Shown here: positions 1-9,390 of the stretch, piece by piece
How positions within the stretch are numbered: position 1 is the stretch's first letter
How the letters are laid out: each line of letters opens with the position of its first letter
Origin: an uncultured bacterium
GTDB lineage: Bacteria > Caldisericota > Caldisericia > B22-G15
Assembly: GCA_965612865.1 (NCBI GenBank)
Contig: CBFDTJ010000015.1
Span: forward strand, 1-24,961
Direction of reading: 5' to 3'
Length of the DNA stretch: 24,961 nucleotides
Notes under the pieces: model-generated
The model's database searches: none
Told to the model about the DNA's origin: nothing
Seen by the model: the letters and a program-made list of their open reading frames with translations, nothing else
Program-made: the position numbers and the translations under genes

Positions 1-70
1 TTTTCAAGCAGAAGACGGCATACGAGATCATGCCTAGTCTCGTGGGCTCGGAGATGTGTATAAGAGACAG
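1..70 (+). other. Illumina Nextera P7/i7 adapter plus Tn5 mosaic end (library artefact, not genomic)
   Basis: CAAGCAGAAGACGGCATACGAGAT (5-28, P7), 8-nt index CATGCCTA (29-36; reverse complement TAGGCATG, Nextera N706), GTCTCGTGGGCTCGG (37-51), AGATGTGTATAAGAGACAG (52-70). The leading TTTT matches the post-adapter poly-A of read-through reads. Confidence 0.99.
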
Positions 71-831
71 TACCTAAGGTTATGAGCGGGATAGATGAAG
101 AATCATTAAATCTCGGGGTTTACTTTTATTCGAACATTTTCTCAAAGATTGTTCCTGTATCAAGCACAAAAACTGCTGAACTTGTGAAACTTCTTGAAAA
201 TACATACAGATTCATAAACATATCTTTTATAAACGAGTTTGCAAAGCTGTGTCATCTGGAAGGGGTTGACGTGTTTGAGGTAATAGAGGCTGCAAAAACA
301 AAGCCTTACGGTTTTAATGCCTTTTATCCCGGTTGGGGAGCTGGGGGAGAGTGTATACCAACTGTTCCTCTATTTCTCTCAAAAAGATCCCGTAGTCTTG
401 GAATGAGATTTTCTATGGTTGAAGATGCAGATATTATAAATGAAAGCATACCGCTTTTCTGGTATAAATTACTCAAACCATACATAAGGGAAAGTGTCTT
501 TTTCTTTGGTGTAAGTTACAAAAAGGATGTTGGAGATTTAAGAAACTCACCACCGTTGAAGCTTATTGAAATTCTAATAAAAAAGGGGCTTAAGGTAAGT
601 TTCTACGATCCATTCATTGAAAAAATAAAGATAAATGGCAAGGAGTTAAAGGGTGTAAAACCTACAGAGGAGTTAATCAGAAACTCAGATGTTATAGTTA
701 TTGGGACAAATCACTCAACGCTTCCATACGATCTCATACTCTCATCAGGTAAACCTGTACTTGATCCCTTTGGAATCTTACCTCCATCTCCTTTTGTTAT
801 TTCTTTTTCTCATGGTAAAATTGAGATATGA
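71..831 (+). CDS. Nucleotide-sugar dehydrogenase (UDP-GlcNAc/UDP-ManNAc dehydrogenase, WecC/WbpA-like family), 5'-truncated at the contig end
   Basis: Motifs AELVKLLENTYRFINISFINE, GAGGECIP (catalytic Cys; family GGHCIP), SYKKDVGDLRNSP and YDP. The frame is open back to the adapter junction (PKVMSG), so ATG 82 is internal and the NAD-binding N-terminal domain is missing. Confidence 0.9.
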
Positions 832-1520
832 TTTCTGATCTTAAATTACTTGCCAAGAAGGTTTTAACTGATATTTTCTCTGAAAGAGTAAAGAGAACTT
901 TGATGGTGAACCAGGGAACATACTTCCTGTATGGTGAGTCTTTTATATCACTTCTAAGATATGGAACCTTCACCAGTAAATTCAATGAAATGTTCTACCT
1001 TTTGAAAGACAAGTACTTTGGAAACAGGGCAGTTTATATTGAGCTTGATACACTGAACAAATTTCTTTCAAAGTTTGAAAGGATCAAAAAGGCAAGGCCT
1101 GTAAAAGCTACAGTGGTCTTTGTGAGTGAATTTCAGGATGTATATCTTGTTTCTCCATCCTTTATAAGAGAATTTAAAGATCGATTTGGTACTGTGGGAA
1201 AAATAGATGGAAGAGCAGTGATATATGTTCCTGTGTCTATGCTAATAAAGTGGCATAGGCAGGAACTTACTGAAGAGGAGAAGAGAGAAAGGAGAATGAG
1301 AGAAATTATTCAGGAGATAAACTCCCTTGATGATGAGGATAGCTTACTATCTTTCTTTGAAGAGGAAGATGAAAGTGAAGAACTGCTTTCCCCTTCCCTT
1401 TACTTAGACACCACCTGGGAAGAAAAAGAAAGATACTTTATTAAAAAGATAAAAGAGCTGGAGGAGGATATAAAAGGATTAAAAGAAGAAATTAAAATTT
1501 TACGGAGGAAGGAGGTATGA
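828..1520 (+). CDS. Hypothetical protein (globular N-terminus, acidic/coiled-coil C-terminus)
   Basis: 230-aa ORF joined to both neighbours by ATGA overlaps. No family recognised. Confidence 0.75.
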   Translation: MISDLKLLAKKVLTDIFSERVKRTLMVNQGTYFLYGESFISLLRYGTFTSKFNEMFYLLKDKYFGNRAVYIELDTLNKFLSKFERIKKARPVKATVVFVSEFQDVYLVSPSFIREFKDRFGTVGKIDGRAVIYVPVSMLIKWHRQELTEEEKRERRMREIIQEINSLDDEDSLLSFFEEEDESEELLSPSLYLDTTWEEKERYFIKKIKELEEDIKGLKEEIKILRRKEV

Positions 1521-1840
1521 TGGAATTTAAAAAGGAAGATATTGAGAAGAACAAATTTCTTGCTGCCATAAGCTATATTCCCCTCCTTTTCATTGTAACC
1601 TTTGCAGTAGCACCCAACAGTGAGTTTGCAAAAGCCCATGCAAAACAGGGACTTATACTTTTTATTGTGGAAGTAATTAACGGAATACTTTCCCTTATTC
1701 CAATAATAGGTTTTCTGTTCAGGTTTTTAGTCGGAGCAGTCCTCTTTATCGTAGCTGTGGTTGCTTTTGTATATGCAATAACAGGTAATTACTGGAAAAT
1801 TCCTTTCATTGGTGATATCTCAGAAGAAATAAAAATTTGA
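1517..1840 (+). CDS. Small membrane protein, DUF4870/Tic20-like
   Basis: GGAGGT SD. Pattern NKFLAAISYI...FAKAHAKQGL...IPIIG...KIPFIG with about 3 hydrophobic helices. Confidence 0.8.
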   Translation: MMEFKKEDIEKNKFLAAISYIPLLFIVTFAVAPNSEFAKAHAKQGLILFIVEVINGILSLIPIIGFLFRFLVGAVLFIVAVVAFVYAITGNYWKIPFIGDISEEIKI

Positions 1841-2622
1841 ACATAAAAGAAGAAATTAAGAAGAGGGGCATTTTTTTAAGGAAGAGGTGGGGGCAGAATT
1901 TTTTTATTGGCGATCCTGATAAACTTCTGGATCTTATATCTATCACAGATAGAGATTTTGTCATTGAAGTAGGCACAGGTACAGGAAACCTAACTGAAAA
2001 GATTGCAAAAAGATGTAAATTCATTGTCTCCTACGAAATAGATAAGAGGCTTAAGGAGATGATCTATAAAAACCTTGAAGGTGTACAGAATGTAGAGGTA
2101 AGATTTATGGACTTTTTGAAAGAAGAGAAATTTCCTGATTATGATCTGGTTTTCTTCTCCAACCTTCCATACTCTTCGGGCACTGAAATTCTAAAGAAAG
2201 TGGTCAGGATAAATAACATAACAAGGGGATACTTTATGATTCAGAAAGAACTGGGTGAGAGAATTGAGTCTTGCCCTTCAAAAAAAACTTACTCTGCCAT
2301 TTCTGTGTTTCTTCAGACTTTCTTTAGTTTCAGAAAGCTTAAGGATATATCAAAGGAAAATTTCTTTCCTGTACCTCAAGTTAATTCCACATTCTTCGAG
2401 TTTAGAAGGATAAGGGACTGGGATGATAAATGGAGTAGATACGAAGTCTTTCTAAAAAGAGTGTTTTCAAAGAGAAGGAAGAAGATCAAAACCTCCATAT
2501 TTTCTTTTATTAAAAAGCTTCCTGAATTTAATATGGATTTAAGACCTGAAAATTTATCCATTGAGGAGTATATAAAAATTTATGAGATATTTAGCCAAAG
2601 CAAAAATAAACCTAACTCTTGA
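1837..2622 (+). CDS. rsmA: 16S rRNA m6,2A1518/1519 dimethyltransferase
   Basis: GQNF, EVGTGTGNLT (SAM binding), YEID, SNLPY, MIQKE, FFPVPQVNS, RRKK and RPENLS motifs. TTG start. Sits next to ispE. Confidence 0.95.
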   Translation: MNIKEEIKKRGIFLRKRWGQNFFIGDPDKLLDLISITDRDFVIEVGTGTGNLTEKIAKRCKFIVSYEIDKRLKEMIYKNLEGVQNVEVRFMDFLKEEKFPDYDLVFFSNLPYSSGTEILKKVVRINNITRGYFMIQKELGERIESCPSKKTYSAISVFLQTFFSFRKLKDISKENFFPVPQVNSTFFEFRRIRDWDDKWSRYEVFLKRVFSKRRKKIKTSIFSFIKKLPEFNMDLRPENLSIEEYIKIYEIFSQSKNKPNS

Positions 2623-3451
2623 TGTAGTTGGAAAACTTCCTGATGGTTATCATCAAATAAAGAGTCTTGTATTAAAGATTCCTCTCTTTGACGTTATAGA
2701 AATTGATGAAGGAGAGAAAGGAATTTACTTCACAGGAGAAGGTGTCAGAGAAGATAACACAGTGAAAAAAGCCCTGGATTTATTCTTAAAGGAAATCAAT
2801 GTAAAAAAAGAATTTTCTGTAAAAATCATAAAGAATATACCAATAGGGTCTGGGCTTGGAGGTGGAAGTTCTGATGCTGCCTCTGTACTTAAAGCACTTA
2901 ATTCTATATTTGGATACCCATTGAGTCTGGAAGATTTATTAAACATCGGAGCAGAAATTGGTTCAGATGTTCCATTATTTATCAGAGAGGAGAATCTTCT
3001 TCTCATAGAGAATAAAGGTGAAAAGGTTATGCCCATCTATGTGAAGGATAGGGAATTTTTCATTGCAGTTGTATTCCCCGGTTTTAGAATCAGCACTTCT
3101 CGTGTTTATTCGCTGGTAGATGAATACTCTTATTTTAATACCTCCACCGATACAGTACTGGACAGGTTAATCAGTAATGAAGATTTTCTTTCTTATCTTA
3201 AAAATGACCTAGAGAAATTTGCAATTAAACTGAATCCTGGTTTAGTCAAATTCAAAGAGGAACTTAAAGGATTTAATCCTGATGCTTTGGTTCTCTCAGG
3301 AAGTGGATCATCCTATGCCCTCTTCTTTAAGAATCCTCAATCTCTTTTTCTTCTTGAGAAGAGTTTAAAGAATTCTCCTCTTCAGGTTTTTCTGTTCCAT
3401 GTCTTAGGGTGGGAGAAGATCTATAGAATAGATAGGCAAACAAAAGAATAG
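2582..3451 (+). CDS. ispE: 4-diphosphocytidyl-2-C-methyl-D-erythritol kinase
   Basis: AKINLTLDV..DGYH, GHMP ATP loop IPIGSGLGGGSSDAA, GSDVP, NDLE and LSGSGS. Confidence 0.95.
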   Translation: MRYLAKAKINLTLDVVGKLPDGYHQIKSLVLKIPLFDVIEIDEGEKGIYFTGEGVREDNTVKKALDLFLKEINVKKEFSVKIIKNIPIGSGLGGGSSDAASVLKALNSIFGYPLSLEDLLNIGAEIGSDVPLFIREENLLLIENKGEKVMPIYVKDREFFIAVVFPGFRISTSRVYSLVDEYSYFNTSTDTVLDRLISNEDFLSYLKNDLEKFAIKLNPGLVKFKEELKGFNPDALVLSGSGSSYALFFKNPQSLFLLEKSLKNSPLQVFLFHVLGWEKIYRIDRQTKE

Positions 3452-4148
3452 GAAAAACACTCCACTGTCCATTGGTAAGCCCAAATATAGGCATGTGATC
3501 TCCACGGAAAAACTCAATTATAAATGTCCAGACTGAGTAAAATACAAGAAACAGGGCAAACAGTCCACCCTCAATTTTTACCTTCTTTCTTAATTCATGT
3601 AAGAGAAAGAAGGCGATAAAACCACTGGCTGATAGATACAACTGCGTAGGATGGATTGGAACTCCAATAGGTCCGAATGATGCTGGATCATGAAAAACTA
3701 CAGCCCATGGAACAGATGTTGGCTTACCATAACAGCATCCATTAAGAAAACACCCAATTCTTCCAATACCAAATCCAAGAGCAAGGGCTGACGCAGCAAT
3801 ATCTAATATTTTATAGAACAGTCCAAATCTTTTCCAGTAAAAATATGTAAAAAGAAAGCCAAATATTACTATTCCGAAGAATGAAAGTCCTCCCTGCCAT
3901 ATCTTAAGTATCTCTATTGGATGTGATAGATAGAATAATGGATTATTGGCAAGAACAAATACAACCCTTGCTCCTATAATACCTGCAATTATTACCCATA
4001 TTACAAAATCAAAAAATCTGTCCTCGTCTATCCCTTCCTTTTTTGCTTCCCTCCATGCATAGAAAACTGCAGTAAGAACTGCAATGGCAAGCATTACGCC
4101 ATACCATCTTATCTCATAGTTTCCTATCTTAAGAAATATTGGATACAT
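3327..4148 (-). CDS. lgt: Prolipoprotein diacylglyceryl transferase
   Basis: IRWYG, GAR, WQGGLS, GRIGCFLNGCCYG, HPTQLY and EFFR motifs with multiple TM helices. AAGGAGA SD at 4160-4154. Confidence 0.95.
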   Translation of the reverse strand: MYPIFLKIGNYEIRWYGVMLAIAVLTAVFYAWREAKKEGIDEDRFFDFVIWVIIAGIIGARVVFVLANNPLFYLSHPIEILKIWQGGLSFFGIVIFGFLFTYFYWKRFGLFYKILDIAASALALGFGIGRIGCFLNGCCYGKPTSVPWAVVFHDPASFGPIGVPIHPTQLYLSASGFIAFFLLHELRKKVKIEGGLFALFLVFYSVWTFIIEFFRGDHMPIFGLTNGQWSVFPILLFAYLFYRSSPTLRHGTEKPEEENSLNSSQEEKEIEDS

Positions 4149-4181
4149 ACTCTTCTCCTTTCATACCAGAGTTTATAAATA

Positions 4182-4240
4182 ATTATACTAATTTTAGGAA
4201 CAATTTTAAACTGAAAAAATCTCATATATAGAGGTATAAT
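4182..4240. promoter_or_regulatory. Divergent promoter region for lgt and the large secreted protein
   Basis: Minus strand: TTTAAA (4210-4205), 17-nt spacer, TATAAT (4187-4182). Plus strand: TATAAT at 4235-4240, upstream of the GGAGGTG SD (4257-4263). Confidence 0.5.
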
Positions 4241-4270
4241 AGTAGTAAGAGAAACAGGAGGTGAGGGAAA

Positions 4271-7200
4271 TTGAAAAAGCTGTCCCTTTTAATTTTTATT
4301 ATTTTGATTTTGACTTTTACATTATGGGGTATAGGGGCTACCTCTTTACTCTCATACAACTTAAAAAACCAGAGTTTTAAAACCTCTTCAGAAAACATAG
4401 AGGCAACTGTCTGCCCGGGAGAAGAAACAAAGATTATCTTAACAATAACTGTTTGGGCGGATCCATCACAAACTGTGAACATAACGCTTATACCTGGTGC
4501 CGACTGGATAAAACCAGAGCAAACTGAATTCTCTGTTGTTGCACCACCAGAAGGATACTCCTTTCAAACAACTATAACTCTAAGTGGAGAAAATCTCTCC
4601 CCTGGAACATACAATAGCACCCTCACAATAAGATACTACTTTACAGCAAGTGAGACAATTAAAGAAGATGTATCTTCTGTTACCCTTAATGTTATCCTGC
4701 CCTATTTTGAGATAATTCCCGAGAACTTAACCCTTATTATGAAACCCACAGACACTAAAGCAATAGATTTTATAGTTAGAAATACCAACGGTTGTGGTAT
4801 AGTTATAACTGTTTCACCTTTAGAGCAGAGTGAGAATGTGCAGTTCATCTTTAACCCCACAATAATTCTTTATCCTAGTGATGTTAAAACATTCAGGGTT
4901 ATAGTTAAAACGAAGGAGCTTAAAGAAACTGTGACAATTCACCTTAAATTTGTATCTTCATTTTACGAAAGAACAGTAACATTAAAAATATGCCCTTCCA
5001 TATCCGTCACCATTGAAGGAGAGGTGGTAGAGGTAAATGAGGATGAGGGATACATAATTATTGAAACCTTTGATGGAGAAAGATTTAAAGTACTTTTGAG
5101 GGATGAGGACAAGGGTAAATATAAAGAAGGAGACTACATAAAAGTTACAGGAAGAACCGGGGAAACCGAAGATGAAATTATTCCTGAAATTATAGAAGAG
5201 GTCACATGCGGTGTAACCATTTCTGATCCAGAAGATATAGTCTTTTGTTCCACATGTCCAGAGATAAAGTATGGAGCAGAGGAAATCCCAAAAGAAAATG
5301 TTAAAAGGATAAAAATAAAAGCAAAAAATACAGGAAACATAGATGCAGGTATCTCAGTAAAAGTTGAATTATCAGAGGAGCTTGGAATAAGTGAAGTAGA
5401 TGTAAAACTTGAACCAGAATCCTTCTCCCTTAAACCAGGAGAAGAAAAGGAGATTACAATAACTGTAACTGTTAAAAAGAGTTATAAGGAGGGAGACTAT
5501 ATCTATTATAAGCTGAAATTTGATATATCTCCTTCTCCACCCTGCAAGAAAGAGATTGTAAAAGATTTTAATGTTTATCTGTGCCCAACGATAAGGACAA
5601 TATCAGGAAGTGTAAAGTTTTTAAATCCAAAAAATAATGAGTGTCCTATGAAAGGAGTAAGGGTGCTTCTTTTCCTAAATTATGAGCCAAGATGCAGTGT
5701 TGACAAACACTTTAAAGAGATTGAAGGAGAATTTCATGAAGTTCATCAATCCTTTAACGCAGGGCTTCCAGATAAAAAGTACTATCTTGAAACTTATACT
5801 GATAAAGACGGGAAATTTGAGTTTTCCTTCCATGACTTTGATTGCAAACACGATTATATACTGATAGTAATATTTGAAACAAAAGAATTTAAAGTTAAGT
5901 ACTATGATTGTAAAAATCTTTTCTTTGTGAAGCTGCGTATTAAAAATGAAGATAAACCTTGTCCAAAAGGGCGAAATAAAAGAGATATTATTATCGGAAA
6001 AGATACAGACTTAACAATACCCAGCGATTTCACAAAGGATCCAAAGGATTTAGCCCAGATTTTCTGCCACATGGATGAAGCATTTAGTGTCTTCAGAAAT
6101 GAAACATGCGGTGGAGAAAAAATGATAAAGGATTCTATGCTTCCATTAACAGTGTGTGCATTCAGCAATACAGAAGGCACATGGTATTGGGATAAAACGA
6201 TAAATATAGATAAGGCAGATAGTCCCACAGGTTCCATACATAGACCCATGAATAGAGAATGGCATGAATTTGGACATTTCCTGCATGATTCACTCTATGG
6301 CATTCCCGAACGGAAAACAGGGGATGTAAATCATGGGAATTTTAAAAATTCAAATACCACAGATTCATTTCTGGAAGGGTTTGCAGAATTCATATCCATG
6401 CTAACATTGAAATTGTTAAAGGATAAAGGAACATGCTGTTATAACCTTTCAAATTTTGATAATGGCAATTACCAGGGATGGGAGGATCTTGAGAATAATA
6501 AGAATCAACCTCTCGGAGAGTTATTTATAAAGTATAAAGGTAAGAAAGTAGCTGTCAAACACGATGCAAACGGTATTCCCTATATCAAAGTTAATGGTAG
6601 AACTATAAAGCCTGTATTTTTCTCTCAAAATGCTGATGGAAGTTTCAATATAAGATTTGCAGATGGAGGACCAAAATCTATCCCATTACAGATGGCAAAT
6701 TCTTATGAAGAATTTGCTGCTGCTTCAGTTTTACTGGATCTTGTAGATAAAGGAAGCTGGTATAAAGGAGGAAACGATGATGATAAACTCAGTATCGATT
6801 GGAAAGAGTTTCTCTGTTTCATCAAGAAGGAAAAAATAAAAGATATGAGGGATCTATACGAGAAATTAAAAGCAAAGTATGGAGCTTCAAAGATTGATGA
6901 TATTTTTGAGAGGAATGGTTTCTTCCAGGATAAGAATCTCAATAGAAAAAGAGATGTGGATGAAGAAATTGGATACACGTATAGACCAAAAATAAAAATC
7001 GATGGTACCACAGTGGGTGAAATAAAAAAGAGGAGAGACTTTCCTTTCCCAGAAAATGCCTATGTAATTGTAAATCTTACGGATGAGGAGGGGAGGGAAA
7101 TTGACGAAGCGGATATAAGGATTGAGTTCAAAACATTTGAAGGTACAGTATCTGTTGTAGAGAGAAGTATAAAGAATGGTGAGAGGGTTCCAATTCTAAT

Positions 7201-8050
7201 TCCTCCAGATTCTAATTGTTTCGTCGTAATAAGTATGAAGGACTCCAAAGGGAAACCAATAATTATTACTGAAGATGAATTCTGGGATGCCCTTCTAAAT
7301 GATAAATCCTATATTAAGGAGGGAACATTAATTAAAACAGATAAAGAGGCTTCTCCTGAAATTCTACTGGATACTCAAGAACTTTACCTTGAAGGACTTC
7401 TTGAAGGAGAAAAGGAAACTTTTTACCTTTACTTTGTCAATTCAGGAGGAGGAATACTTAATGTCTCCTTCTCTACCTCCCAAAACTGGATAAAAGTTAA
7501 ACCTCAAGAATTTGAGGGTAACGCTGGTTTCATAAAGGTAACTGTGGATACAGAGGGTTTATCAGGTGGTATGAATAGAGGGAAGGTTATAGTATCTGGA
7601 AATGGTGGGGAGAGAGAAGTTGATGTAAGTGTAAGTGTGGTTCCAAAGGTAAAGAAAACTGTTATTGAACTGTTTATCGGGAGTGTGACTGCATATATAA
7701 ATGGAGAAGTATATACTCTTGATGCAGCTCCATACATTAAACCACCTGGAAGAACAATGGTTCCATTAAGGTTTATATCAGAGGGACTTGGGGCAACTGT
7801 GGACTACTGGCCAAAGACGGGGAAAGTTAAAGAGGTTTACATTTACTTTAAGGGTAAGAAGATAACACTTTACATTGGAAAGAACGAGGCACTCATTGAT
7901 GGAAGTAAGGTTTATCTTGATGCAGCTCCTGAAATAAAACCACCTGGAAGAACCTTTGTTCCAATTAGATTTATAGCAGAAACCTTTGGTGCAGATGTAG
8001 GCTGGGATCCTGTCTTAAGAAAGGTGATAATAACAATGGAGGAGGAGTAG
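4271..8050 (+). CDS. Secreted multidomain surface protein: Ig/BACON-like domains, putative gluzincin metallopeptidase, C-terminal copper amine oxidase-like (stalk) domain
   Basis: N-terminal signal peptide MKKLSLLIFIILILTFTLWGIGA. HEFGH (6263-6277) with downstream EGFAEF (6374-6391). BACON-like segment NSGGGILNVSFSTSQNWIKV. Terminal repeats LDAAPYIKPPGRTMVPLRFISEGLGA and LDAAPEIKPPGRTFVPIRFIAETFGA. TTG start after GGAGGTG. Confidence 0.8.
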   Translation: MKKLSLLIFIILILTFTLWGIGATSLLSYNLKNQSFKTSSENIEATVCPGEETKIILTITVWADPSQTVNITLIPGADWIKPEQTEFSVVAPPEGYSFQTTITLSGENLSPGTYNSTLTIRYYFTASETIKEDVSSVTLNVILPYFEIIPENLTLIMKPTDTKAIDFIVRNTNGCGIVITVSPLEQSENVQFIFNPTIILYPSDVKTFRVIVKTKELKETVTIHLKFVSSFYERTVTLKICPSISVTIEGEVVEVNEDEGYIIIETFDGERFKVLLRDEDKGKYKEGDYIKVTGRTGETEDEIIPEIIEEVTCGVTISDPEDIVFCSTCPEIKYGAEEIPKENVKRIKIKAKNTGNIDAGISVKVELSEELGISEVDVKLEPESFSLKPGEEKEITITVTVKKSYKEGDYIYYKLKFDISPSPPCKKEIVKDFNVYLCPTIRTISGSVKFLNPKNNECPMKGVRVLLFLNYEPRCSVDKHFKEIEGEFHEVHQSFNAGLPDKKYYLETYTDKDGKFEFSFHDFDCKHDYILIVIFETKEFKVKYYDCKNLFFVKLRIKNEDKPCPKGRNKRDIIIGKDTDLTIPSDFTKDPKDLAQIFCHMDEAFSVFRNETCGGEKMIKDSMLPLTVCAFSNTEGTWYWDKTINIDKADSPTGSIHRPMNREWHEFGHFLHDSLYGIPERKTGDVNHGNFKNSNTTDSFLEGFAEFISMLTLKLLKDKGTCCYNLSNFDNGNYQGWEDLENNKNQPLGELFIKYKGKKVAVKHDANGIPYIKVNGRTIKPVFFSQNADGSFNIRFADGGPKSIPLQMANSYEEFAAASVLLDLVDKGSWYKGGNDDDKLSIDWKEFLCFIKKEKIKDMRDLYEKLKAKYGASKIDDIFERNGFFQDKNLNRKRDVDEEIGYTYRPKIKIDGTTVGEIKKRRDFPFPENAYVIVNLTDEEGREIDEADIRIEFKTFEGTVSVVERSIKNGERVPILIPPDSNCFVVISMKDSKGKPIIITEDEFWDALLNDKSYIKEGTLIKTDKEASPEILLDTQELYLEGLLEGEKETFYLYFVNSGGGILNVSFSTSQNWIKVKPQEFEGNAGFIKVTVDTEGLSGGMNRGKVIVSGNGGEREVDVSVSVVPKVKKTVIELFIGSVTAYINGEVYTLDAAPYIKPPGRTMVPLRFISEGLGATVDYWPKTGKVKEVYIYFKGKKITLYIGKNEALIDGSKVYLDAAPEIKPPGRTFVPIRFIAETFGADVGWDPVLRKVIITMEEE
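7717..7970 (+). repeat. Intragenic direct repeat (198-bp offset) encoding the two stalk-domain subrepeats
   Basis: TCTTGATGCAGCTCC at 7717 and 7915, and AAACCACCTGGAAGAAC at 7739 and 7937. Confidence 0.85.
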
Positions 8051-8065
8051 TTTCCTCCTCCTCCA
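8037..8065. terminator. Hairpin between convergent genes, possible bidirectional terminator
   Basis: TGGAGGAGGAG (8037-8047), 7-nt loop containing the stop codon, CTCCTCCTCCA (8055-8065). U-tails are poor. Confidence 0.55.
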
Positions 8066-8070
8066 GAAAA

Positions 8071-9390
8071 TTATTTACCTGAGATGGAAACCCTTGGAAT
8101 TAGAAGGTAGGGTGAGAGTGTTGAATCATACCACTCTCTTTCCTTTGATGGATAAACTTCTGTAAGATCCTTAAAAATATTCAACTTGAGGGTTGCATTC
8201 TTTACTCTTCCCACTATTTCTCCATTTTCAACAAGAAATCCAAGCTCAATATTTCCATTTACTTCGCCGCCAAGCACATTACCCATCATAACCCCCATAA
8301 GAGAATCAATAATAAGCCCTTTCTTTATACTTCTCAGAAGATTTATATATTCCTCCTTACCTTCTTCAATCACAGTATTGGTGAATGAAGGTGAGGGCAT
8401 TGTTTCAAGATCTATCTCTCCTGTCAGTCCCTTTTTCTTTAAAGCATTTCCTCCTCCAAGGGAAAGTTTCTTTCCACTATCAAGATCTGTAAGAAAACTT
8501 CTTACAACACCCTTATCTATGAGAACCTTCTCCCTGGTAATGGAACCCTCATCGTCTATCTCCATGGAACCGGCACCACCTACAAGGAGAGGTTTGTCAT
8601 AAACAGAAAGACTTTCACTAAAGATTTTTTCTCCAATCTTATCCTTTAAAAGTGATAAACCCTTAACAATATATCTTCCATTAAGAGCAAGGGAGAGAGG
8701 AAGAAGAAGCAGGGAGGTAGCTTTAGGTGTGAATATAACAGGATAGGTTCCTGTCTCTATAGTTGTGGTTTTCTCGGCATTTATAAACTGTTCCTTAACC
8801 CTCTCCACACTACTATCTATATTGACTAAATCCATACTGGAGAAACTCTTTGAATCGTAAATGGTAAGAAAATCTCCTTCTCTCATAATCTGGCCACCAA
8901 GAGCAAAGAAAATTACGGTTTTTCTAACCCTGCCTTGGAAACCATTTGTGGTAATTATGTCTTTGGTTATAATATCCCTTTCCATATAGAAGAAAGGTTC
9001 TATCTCCTTCTTAAATGCCTTTAATTCTTCTATGACCTTTTCTCCCTCTTCTATAAATTTCTTTCTCTCCTCCTTCTCTATTCTCTCATCATAAAAATTC
9101 TTTTTATCAACGCTTCCATCTTCTACAAACTGAAAATCAACCTTATCACCGAATTTTGAAACTGTAAGACTCTCGTTTACAACTGATTCAACATCTTCTG
9201 TATCAGTTGAAAAGGAAAAACCGAGTTTTCCATCTTTTATAACTCTTACAGCAATACCTCCACTTTTTCCTTCCTCAATATTTTTAAATTTACCATTCTC
9301 AAAGGAGAGGGATAACTTATCGATGTTAAGTATTAAAAGTTCACCACTTGCTCCACTTTGTTCAACAAGTTTCACAAATTTTTCTCTCAT
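8071..9390 (-). CDS. pmbA: TldD/PmbA family protein, PmbA/TldE-like non-catalytic subunit
   Basis: GIAVRVIKDGKLGFS, TYPVIFTP, DDEG, LIDKGVVRSFL and ENGEIVGRVK. No HEXXXH. Coupled to tldD. Confidence 0.85.
   Translation of the reverse strand: MREKFVKLVEQSGASGELLILNIDKLSLSFENGKFKNIEEGKSGGIAVRVIKDGKLGFSFSTDTEDVESVVNESLTVSKFGDKVDFQFVEDGSVDKKNFYDERIEKEERKKFIEEGEKVIEELKAFKKEIEPFFYMERDIITKDIITTNGFQGRVRKTVIFFALGGQIMREGDFLTIYDSKSFSSMDLVNIDSSVERVKEQFINAEKTTTIETGTYPVIFTPKATSLLLLPLSLALNGRYIVKGLSLLKDKIGEKIFSESLSVYDKPLLVGGAGSMEIDDEGSITREKVLIDKGVVRSFLTDLDSGKKLSLGGGNALKKKGLTGEIDLETMPSPSFTNTVIEEGKEEYINLLRSIKKGLIIDSLMGVMMGNVLGGEVNGNIELGFLVENGEIVGRVKNATLKLNIFKDLTEVYPSKEREWYDSTLSPYLLIPRVSISGK

Noticed and set aside
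3800..3910. Lgt has WQGGLSFFG where E. coli has GGMSFHGG (His103 replaced)
   Set aside because: Aromatic substitutions at this position are common in Lgt proteins of the GCFLNGCCYG type, and the other motifs are intact.
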